NCBI GenBank assembly: GCA_964634615.1 | Contig: CAZWLQ010000004.1 | Location: 730-41,442 of the forward strand | Source of the DNA: an uncultured Candidatus Saccharibacteria bacterium | GTDB lineage: Bacteria; Patescibacteriota; Minisyncoccia; Phycocordibacterales; EsbW-18 | DNA length: 40,713 bases | Direction of reading: 5' to 3' | Part shown: positions 34,596-40,713 of the stretch, piece after piece | How positions within the stretch are numbered: position 1 is the stretch's first letter | How the letters are laid out: each line of letters opens with the position of its first letter | Translations under genes and position numbers: made by a program | The notes under the pieces: model-generated | Seen by the model: the letters and a program-made list of their open reading frames with translations, nothing else | Told to the model about the DNA's origin: nothing | The model's database searches: none

Positions 34596-35027
34596 ATGGG
34601 AAAGAAACGAGTTGCATCAAAAGGCGGAGCGGCAGGCGAGGGAGCATCACAAGGTGGCTCACGTCTTTCACGCAAGAAGCTCGACAAGGGCATTCTCTTC
34701 GTTGAAGCTACCTACAACAACACAAAAGTCTGTCTTGCGGATAGTGCAGGACAAGTCGTCAGCTGGTCATCATCAGGAACTCTTGGATTCAAGGGTGCAA
34801 AGAAGGGGACACCGTTCGCTGCTGCAAAGGTTGGCGAACACATGGGCGATGTTGGCAAACAGCTTGCTGTCCGTGAAATTGGCATCGTGGTAAAAGGTGT
34901 CGGTTCGGGCCGAGAATCGGCAATCCGCGCCTTTGTTGCAAAGTCAGGATCGGTGATTTCATTCATCGAAGACCGCACGCCGGTTCCGTTCAACGGTCCT
35001 AAAGCAAAGAAAGCCCGCCGCGTCTAA
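34596..35027 (+). CDS. rpsK: 30S ribosomal protein S11
   Basis: NNTKVCLADSAGQVVSWSSSGTLGFKGAKKGTPFAA. Confidence 0.96.
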   Translation: MGKKRVASKGGAAGEGASQGGSRLSRKKLDKGILFVEATYNNTKVCLADSAGQVVSWSSSGTLGFKGAKKGTPFAAAKVGEHMGDVGKQLAVREIGIVVKGVGSGRESAIRAFVAKSGSVISFIEDRTPVPFNGPKAKKARRV

Positions 35028-35048
35028 TCATTTCTTATTTAATCAACC

Positions 35049-35666
35049 ATGCTTCGCCTTAAACGATTCAAAGTAGCCCGCCGTCTTGGACCTCTCGTCT
35101 TCGATCAAACGCAGACAGAGCGTTTTGCTATGTCTGAAGCTCGCAAGAAAGCAGCTCCAGCAAAAGACAAGCGTCGCAAGAACATTTCTGCATACAACGT
35201 CTCACTCCGCGACAAGCAACGCCTTCGTATTTTTTACGGCATGCCAGAGCGTCAGTTCAAGCGCTACATCAAAGAATCAGTTGCAAAAGAGGGTGGTGCA
35301 GTGTTGAACCTCTACACGATGCTTGAATCGCGCCTCGACAACGTCGTCTACCGCGTTGGTTTGGCAAGCACTCACCGTGCAGCTCGTCAGATGGTTAGCC
35401 ACGGTCACATCACCGTAAACGGCAAGAAAATCCGCGTTCCATCACATATCGTTTCAATCGGAAACATTATTGGTATTCGCGAAGGAAGCGTCGGAAGCAA
35501 ACTCTTCACGAACAACGAAGAGAAGAAGGAGGGCAGCGTAAAATTGCCATCATGGATTAGCGAGAGCGAGAAGCAGAAAACCTGGAAAATAACAGGTGCA
35601 CCGCGCGCAGATGAAATCCCTGATGCATTCAATATTCCGTCAGTTGTCGAATTTTATTCACGCTAA
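35049..35666 (+). CDS. rpsD: 30S ribosomal protein S4
   Basis: S4 domain LESRLDNVVYRVGLASTHRAARQMVSHGHITVNGKKI. Confidence 0.96.
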   Translation: MLRLKRFKVARRLGPLVFDQTQTERFAMSEARKKAAPAKDKRRKNISAYNVSLRDKQRLRIFYGMPERQFKRYIKESVAKEGGAVLNLYTMLESRLDNVVYRVGLASTHRAARQMVSHGHITVNGKKIRVPSHIVSIGNIIGIREGSVGSKLFTNNEEKKEGSVKLPSWISESEKQKTWKITGAPRADEIPDAFNIPSVVEFYSR

Positions 35667-35689
35667 ATAGTGTTAATTAAGATTGAGTT

Positions 35690-36661
35690 ATGGAACCCAC
35701 TATGCACACACCAAGTCAGCCGAAAGTTGTTTCTGAAAAAGGAAACGCCGGCTCATACCAGATCGATAACCTCTACCCGGGGTATGGCCACACGCTCGGT
35801 AACTCGCTTCGCCGAATTATCCTCTCATCAATTCCTGGCGCTGCGGTTACGTCGGTCAAAATCAACGGCGTCCACCACGAATTTTCAACCATCGAGGGCG
35901 TAAAAGAAGACGTTGTTCGCATCATGCTTAACTTGAAGCAGGTTCGTTTTGAACTTGTTGGTGACGAGCCACAGACAGCAACCCTTTCTATCAAAGGACC
36001 AAAGGAAGTGAAGGCATCAGACCTCTCGCTCCCGGGCCAGCTTCGTGTTCTCACTCCCGATGAACACATTGCATCAATCACGGGAAAAGCAGAGCTCGAC
36101 CTCGAAATCCGCGTTGAAAAGGGCCTTGGCTACGTTCCAAAAGAAGTGCACCACAAAGACAAAGTTGAGGTTGGCGTTGTTACCATGGACGCAGTCTTCA
36201 CCCCAATCAAGCGCGTAACCTACGATGTTGAGAACATGCGTGTTGGTGACCGCACCGACTTCAACCGCTTGAAGATGTTCATCGAAACCGATGGCACCCT
36301 CACACCACGCGAAGCACTCGAACAGTCAATTCGAATCATGATTGACCAGTTGAAGGCAATCGTTGGATTCGAAGAGCCTGCAATCCCTGAAGTCTCATTT
36401 GAAAAAGAAGAGTCTGGTGAGGCACTCGAAGGAGGTGAAGTGACCGAAGAATCATCAAAAGAGTTTTTGAAGACCCGCATCGAAACCCTTTCTCTCTCGA
36501 CCCGCACTGAAAACGCACTTACGTCCGCAAACATCCGCACTGTTGGAGGTTTGGTTCGCAAGAAAGAAGAAGACCTTTTCTCTGTCGAAGGATTGGGCGA
36601 AAAGGGAGTTCAGGAAATCCGCCGCGCGCTTGCAAACTACGGTATCACCCTCAAACAGTAA
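35690..36661 (+). CDS. rpoA: DNA-directed RNA polymerase subunit alpha
   Basis: GYGHTLGNSLRRIILSSIPG in the N-terminal domain. LSLSTRTENALTSANIRTVGGL in the C-terminal domain. Confidence 0.96.
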   Translation: MEPTMHTPSQPKVVSEKGNAGSYQIDNLYPGYGHTLGNSLRRIILSSIPGAAVTSVKINGVHHEFSTIEGVKEDVVRIMLNLKQVRFELVGDEPQTATLSIKGPKEVKASDLSLPGQLRVLTPDEHIASITGKAELDLEIRVEKGLGYVPKEVHHKDKVEVGVVTMDAVFTPIKRVTYDVENMRVGDRTDFNRLKMFIETDGTLTPREALEQSIRIMIDQLKAIVGFEEPAIPEVSFEKEESGEALEGGEVTEESSKEFLKTRIETLSLSTRTENALTSANIRTVGGLVRKKEEDLFSVEGLGEKGVQEIRRALANYGITLKQ

Positions 36662-36687
36662 GTATTTAGAGCACTGATCAAAAGCTT

Positions 36688-37041
36688 ATGCGACACCACA
36701 ACGTCAACAGAAAATTCGGCCGCGAAAAGAAACCACGAGAAGCATTCATCCGCTCGCTCGCAAGCTCTTTGATCATGAAAGGAAAGATCTCAACAACGCT
36801 CCCACGAGCAAAAGAGATTCGCCCATTCGTTGAAAAGCTCGTTACCCGTGCAAAGAACCCAACACTCGCAAACACACGCATCCTCGTTACCCGTCTTGGA
36901 ACTGACGATATGCGTGTCAGCAAGAAGTTGATTGCGGTTGCAGAAGGATACAAGGGTCGCGCAGGAGGATACCTCCGCATCACAAAGACCGGTTTCCGCC
37001 AGGGCGACGCAGCACCAAAAGCAATCATTGAATTCGTATAA
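36688..37041 (+). CDS. rplQ: 50S ribosomal protein L17
   Basis: MRHHNVNRKFGREKKPREAFIRSL... Confidence 0.95.
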   Translation: MRHHNVNRKFGREKKPREAFIRSLASSLIMKGKISTTLPRAKEIRPFVEKLVTRAKNPTLANTRILVTRLGTDDMRVSKKLIAVAEGYKGRAGGYLRITKTGFRQGDAAPKAIIEFV

Positions 37042-37049
37042 ACAACCGT

Positions 37050-37391
37050 ATGATTACCATCGACGCACAAAACAAGAAGCTCGGACGACTCGCTAGCGAG
37101 GTCGCAATCCTCCTCATGGGTAAGGATCAGACCGATTTCGCACGAAACGCGATTCCTGACCGTGACATCAAGGTCATCAACGCGGACAAGCTCGCAATCG
37201 AGCCACGAAAACTTCTTGCAAAGGAGTACACAAGCTACACGGGTTACCCGGGTGGTTTGAAAACAGAGACCTTGGGTGCGTTGATCGCACGGAAGGGAGC
37301 GTCTGAAGCAATTAGGAAGGCAGTGCACGGCATGCTCCCAGGCAACAAGCTTCGCCCACGCATGATGAAGCACTTGATCATCGAAGCATAA
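37050..37391 (+). CDS. rplM: 50S ribosomal protein L13 (short N-terminus)
   Basis: LGRLASEVAILLMGK, VINADKLAI, YTGYPGG. Confidence 0.93.
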   Translation: MITIDAQNKKLGRLASEVAILLMGKDQTDFARNAIPDRDIKVINADKLAIEPRKLLAKEYTSYTGYPGGLKTETLGALIARKGASEAIRKAVHGMLPGNKLRPRMMKHLIIEA

Positions 37392-37396
37392 CTCAT

Positions 37397-37804
37397 ATGG
37401 CTACCACCGCATCAAAAAAATACATCGAGGCAATCGGACGTCGCAAACTCGCTATCGCACGTGTTCGCGTGACCTTCGGTACTGCAAAATCATCATTCAC
37501 CATCAACGACCGCCCACTCGATGAGTACTTTCCACTCAAAGACCACCAGATGATCGCTCGCGAAGCACTTGTGAAGACTGACAAAGCAAACGCAAGCGTT
37601 ACGGTGCAGGTTAAGGGTGGCGGAATCCACGCCCAGGCAGAGGCAATCCGCCTTGGTACCGCACGAGCACTTTTGGTTGAAGACCGCGAACTCCGCGCAA
37701 CCTTGAAGCCTGCTGGATACTTGCGACGTGACCCACGTATCGTTGAACGCAAGAAATTCGGTTTGAAGAAAGCTCGCAAGAGCCCACAATGGGCAAAGCG
37801 TTAA
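37397..37804 (+). CDS. rpsI: 30S ribosomal protein S9
   Basis: GRRKLAIARVRV, GGGIHAQAEAIRLGTARAL, RDPRIVERKKFGLKKARKSPQWAKR. Confidence 0.96.
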   Translation: MATTASKKYIEAIGRRKLAIARVRVTFGTAKSSFTINDRPLDEYFPLKDHQMIAREALVKTDKANASVTVQVKGGGIHAQAEAIRLGTARALLVEDRELRATLKPAGYLRRDPRIVERKKFGLKKARKSPQWAKR

Positions 37805-37824
37805 TTCCTTTTTGCCCATTGTGG
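37784..37824. repeat. 14-bp perfect inverted repeat spanning the rpsI stop codon
   Basis: CCACAATGGGCAAA (37784-37797) and TTTGCCCATTGTGG (37811-37824). The 13-nt loop contains TAA 37802-37804. Confidence 0.8.
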
Positions 37825-37859
37825 TGGAAAGGGGTCGGGAAAACTCTCAAATATAAATC

Positions 37860-37884
37860 AAGGCCGCCTCGCAGGGCGGCTTTT
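37860..37884. terminator. bidirectional rho-independent terminator
   Basis: GCCGCC-tcgcag-GGCGGC (37863-37880), with an A-rich 5' flank and TTTT 3' flank. It serves rpsI (+) and the convergent 73-aa ORF (-). Confidence 0.75.
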
Positions 37885-37900
37885 GAAATACTTCGAGTGG

Positions 37901-38122
37901 TCACTTCAGCGCCTTCTCCCGTCTCTGTCGGCGGAGCGTGACAGTACTGACGTAGTGACATTCATCTCCTTCGGGTCCTTCGCTGATTCCCCACACCTCC
38001 TTATTGAATTCCTGATTGATGACCTTGGTCGCGGCGGCGCTGATTGCCACAAGAAGTGCTTGTCTGATCCGTGGATCATCGCGACGTCCAGGGATGCGCA
38101 CCTCATACCCAAACTTGATCAT
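37901..38122 (-). CDS. small protein (73 aa), possibly dodecin-like
   Basis: GGAG (38134-38131) lies 8 nt before the ATG at 38122. The terminator lies 16 nt after the stop. G-rich first codon positions are coding-like. The beta-alpha-beta-beta layout, with IRQALLVAISAAATKV and W...HYVSTVTL, loosely recalls dodecins. The + strand ORF 37883..38158 overlaps and lacks such signals. Confidence 0.5.
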   Translation of the reverse strand: MIKFGYEVRIPGRRDDPRIRQALLVAISAAATKVINQEFNKEVWGISEGPEGDECHYVSTVTLRRQRREKALK

Positions 38123-38224
38123 GGTGAGAGCTCCTCTCTAGTTGTGCTACTCCGATGACAAAGCTACAAGCATATCCGTTCTTTGTCAATTCATTTGTTA
38201 TCGAAAACGTTGTAAAATATACCT

Positions 38225-38791
38225 ATGACGAAGAAGAAAGAACCTACCCCTGAAGATATCGAAATCATAGAAGACGAAGAGACCGCCGCTCGGAAACCTT
38301 TTGGCAAGAGCGACAGCAAGCTTCGTGACGAGCTCGATCAGGCAAACAAGGAAAAGAAAGAGTACCTTGCCGGCTGGCAACGTGCCCAGGCAGACCTTGC
38401 AAACGTTCGAAAGGACGCGTTTGAGGCCGAAAAGAAGGTCTTTCCGAGGGCTTTAACGACGATTCTCACCGATCTTTTGCCGGTGTTGGATAGCTTTGAC
38501 CTCGCTTTCGGCAACAAGGAGGCGTGGGAGTCCGCTCCAAAGAACTGGCGTGATGGTGTCACGTATATCCACCAGCAGTTTTTAAGTGTCCTCTCTGGAT
38601 ATGGCGTTTCAGTGATCGATCCGGTGGACGAGGAGTTTAACCCTCAAGTTCACGAATCAATCGAAGCGATACCTGTTGCAGAGGAAAATAAAGACGGTAA
38701 AATCCTCTCCGTAATGCAAAAAGGGTATCGCATGGGCGAGACAATCATACGACCCGCGAGAGTAAAAGTTGGAATGTACGAAACACACTAA
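38225..38791 (+). CDS. grpE: nucleotide exchange factor GrpE
   Basis: Coiled-coil YLAGWQRAQADLANVRKD, LLPVLDSFDLA, and the C-terminal beta domain GYRMGETIIRPARVKV. Confidence 0.93.
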   Translation: MTKKKEPTPEDIEIIEDEETAARKPFGKSDSKLRDELDQANKEKKEYLAGWQRAQADLANVRKDAFEAEKKVFPRALTTILTDLLPVLDSFDLAFGNKEAWESAPKNWRDGVTYIHQQFLSVLSGYGVSVIDPVDEEFNPQVHESIEAIPVAEENKDGKILSVMQKGYRMGETIIRPARVKVGMYETH

Positions 38792-38821
38792 ATTCTTAAT
38801 CATCTAACCTTCAAAAACTAT

Positions 38822-40696
38822 ATGGGAAAAATTCTTGGAATCGACCTTGGAACAACAAACTCAGCAATGGCGGTGATGCAGGGAGGCGAGCCGACCATCA
38901 TTGAGAACAGCGAAGGCGCACGAACGACCCCGTCAATCGTTGCGGTCAGCAAAACAGGCGACCGTTTGGTTGGTTTGATCGCACGCCGTCAGGCCGTTAC
39001 GAACCCAAAGAACACCATCTACGGCATCAAGCGTTTGATGGGTCACAAGTTCGACGAGGACGCGGTTCAGAAGGAAAAGACCGTCGTGCCATACGAAATC
39101 ATCCGCGCATCGGATGGTTCTGCGGCGGTGAAGATGAACGACAAGGAATACCGTCCCGAAGAAGTGTCAGCGATGATTTTGGGCAAGCTCAAGGCGGACG
39201 CTGAAGCAAAGCTTGGTGAGAAAATCACCGAGGCAGTCATCACTGTGCCTGCATATTTCAATGACTCACAACGAAAGGCAACTAAGGACGCAGGTGCGAT
39301 CGCAGGATTGACCGTGATGCGCATCATCAACGAACCAACAGCGGCAGCGCTCGCATACGGCTTCAACAAGAAAGCAAACGAACAAATTGCGGTCTTCGAC
39401 TTCGGTGGAGGAACATTCGACATTTCAGTACTTGAAGTATCTGCCGCAGAAGGCGAGCAGAGCGTTGAAGTGAAGGCTACCGGCGGAGACAGTCACCTTG
39501 GAGGACGCGACATTGACCAGAAGGTGATTGAGTGGATTATCACTGAATACAAAAAGGAATCGGGTATCGATGTCTCAAAAGACCCGCTCGCACTCCAGCG
39601 ACTCGACGAAGCAGCTGAGAAAGCAAAAATCGAGCTCTCAACAGCAACAGAAACTGAAATCAATCTCCCCTTCATCACATCAGACTCGTCAGGTCCTCGT
39701 CACTTGGTGATGAAGATCTCTCGCGCAACGCTTGAGAACATTGCTCGTGAATTCATTGACCGAGCTCTCACCATCACAAAGCAAGTGATTGCTGACTCAC
39801 CATTTGAAATCAAAGATATTGATGAGGTGGTGTTGGTCGGAGGTCAGAGCCGCATGCCAGCGATTCAGGCAGCGGTCAAAGAGCTTTTCGGCAAAGAACC
39901 AAACCGCTCAATTAACCCTGACGAAGTGGTAGCGCTTGGTGCTGCAATCCAGGCCGGTATCCTCCAAGGAGATGTTAAAGACGTGCTTTTGCTCGATGTG
40001 ACCCCGTTGTCGCTCGGTATCGAAACCTTAGGAGGTGTCGCAACAAAGCTTATCGAGAAGAACACCACGGTTCCTGCAAGCAAATCGCAGACCTTCTCAA
40101 CAGCATCCGACAACCAAACCTCCGTGGAGATTCATGTTGTCCAGGGAGAGCGACCAATGGCATCCGACAACAAGACCTTGGGTCAGTTTATCCTCGATGG
40201 CATTCCGCCAGCTCCTCGTGGCATGCCACAAGTTGAGGTGACCTTCGACTTGGACGCAAACGGTATCCTTACGGTCAAAGCAAAAGACAAATCATCTGGC
40301 AAAGAGCAATCTATCCGTATCGAAGGCAGCGGAACACTCTCTGAAACTGAAATCAACCGCATGAAAGCGGACGCAGAAGCACACGCAGCAGAGGACGCAA
40401 AGAAGAAAGAGTTGGTTGATGCCCGCAATATGGCAGATCAAACCATCTTCACTGCAGAAAAAGCTCTCAAAGACGCTGAAGGAAAAATTGGAGATGATGT
40501 GAAGACATCCGTAACCACAGCAATTGAGGAGGTACGCAAGGTGAAGGATGGAAGTGATATTGATGCAGTCAAGAAGGCAACCGAGGCCTTGGTGACCGAG
40601 ATGCAGAAGATTGGTGCAGCAATGCAGACTAACGCGGACAGCACGCAGACAGGCGCGGAAGGAGAGCAGAAACCTCCTGAAGGCGAGAACTCATAA
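38822..40696 (+). CDS. dnaK: molecular chaperone DnaK (Hsp70)
   Basis: [39 protein letters not shown]. 624 aa. Confidence 0.98.
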   Translation: MGKILGIDLGTTNSAMAVMQGGEPTIIENSEGARTTPSIVAVSKTGDRLVGLIARRQAVTNPKNTIYGIKRLMGHKFDEDAVQKEKTVVPYEIIRASDGSAAVKMNDKEYRPEEVSAMILGKLKADAEAKLGEKITEAVITVPAYFNDSQRKATKDAGAIAGLTVMRIINEPTAAALAYGFNKKANEQIAVFDFGGGTFDISVLEVSAAEGEQSVEVKATGGDSHLGGRDIDQKVIEWIITEYKKESGIDVSKDPLALQRLDEAAEKAKIELSTATETEINLPFITSDSSGPRHLVMKISRATLENIAREFIDRALTITKQVIADSPFEIKDIDEVVLVGGQSRMPAIQAAVKELFGKEPNRSINPDEVVALGAAIQAGILQGDVKDVLLLDVTPLSLGIETLGGVATKLIEKNTTVPASKSQTFSTASDNQTSVEIHVVQGERPMASDNKTLGQFILDGIPPAPRGMPQVEVTFDLDANGILTVKAKDKSSGKEQSIRIEGSGTLSETEINRMKADAEAHAAEDAKKKELVDARNMADQTIFTAEKALKDAEGKIGDDVKTSVTTAIEEVRKVKDGSDIDAVKKATEALVTEMQKIGAAMQTNADSTQTGAEGEQKPPEGENS

Positions 40697-40713
40697 GGGT
40701 GGTAATCTCTATG

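Noticed and set aside
36678-37373. 231-aa ORF on the - strand
   Set aside because: It is antisense to rplQ and rplM, both of which are unambiguous ribosomal protein genes.
38123-38224. CIRCE/HrcA operator upstream of grpE-dnaK
   Set aside because: I searched for TTAGCACTC-N9-GAGTGCTAA and found only TTGTGCTACTC, with no inverted partner.
1-40713. Alternative genetic code (UGA recoding), CRISPR arrays, IS elements, tRNA or rRNA genes
   Set aside because: TGA, TAA and TAG all terminate genes at family-appropriate lengths. No short direct-repeat arrays, transposase or integrase ORFs, tRNA T-arm (GGTTCGAATCC-like) or rRNA signatures were seen.

Overview
The window is a dense block of core bacterial genes, mostly on the + strand. 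No rRNA, tRNA, CRISPR array, transposase or integrase was recognised.

Gene order:
- methyltransferase fragment, trmD, orphan small ORF
- rpoB, rpoC, dnaG, rpoD
- a two-gene accessory islet (141-aa orphan plus a RecB/Cas4-like PD-(D/E)XK nuclease)
- dsbA-like (-), uppP
- PolB-like exonuclease, hisS and priA (all -)
- murA, mreB, a short delta-prime-like gene
- secreted CAP-domain and Gmad2-like proteins, nth
- M16, M3 (PepF) and M29 peptidases, alaS
- two unknown genes
- infA, rpmJ, rpsM, rpsK, rpsD, rpoA, rplQ, rplM, rpsI
- a small antisense ORF, then grpE and dnaK

Compact RpoB/RpoC, a C-Ala-less AlaRS, a PriA without ATPase motifs and a lysine-rich sigma tail suggest a reduced-genome, Patescibacteria/CPR-like lineage. 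This is inference only. The standard genetic code fits all gene ends.

The unexplained signal sits in the few long gaps:
1. An orphan, roughly 360-nt, G+C-rich structured RNA at 23674-24032. It has a near-consensus promoter and an intrinsic terminator, and I cannot assign it to RNase P, tmRNA, SRP or 6S by eye.
2. A roughly 280-nt structured leader or ncRNA on the - strand just upstream of hisS. It has its own promoter, a 12-bp end-clamping helix and a UUCG-capped terminator.
3. A recurring 3'-UTR layout of helically phased GCGAAT-like boxes in front of terminators.
4. Three compositionally atypical small ORFs, each with its own promoter and/or terminator.
5. A pair made of a degenerate actin-fold protein and a membrane protein upstream of infA.

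All calls come from reading the sequence and the ORF translations. No folding, homology or covariation computation was possible.
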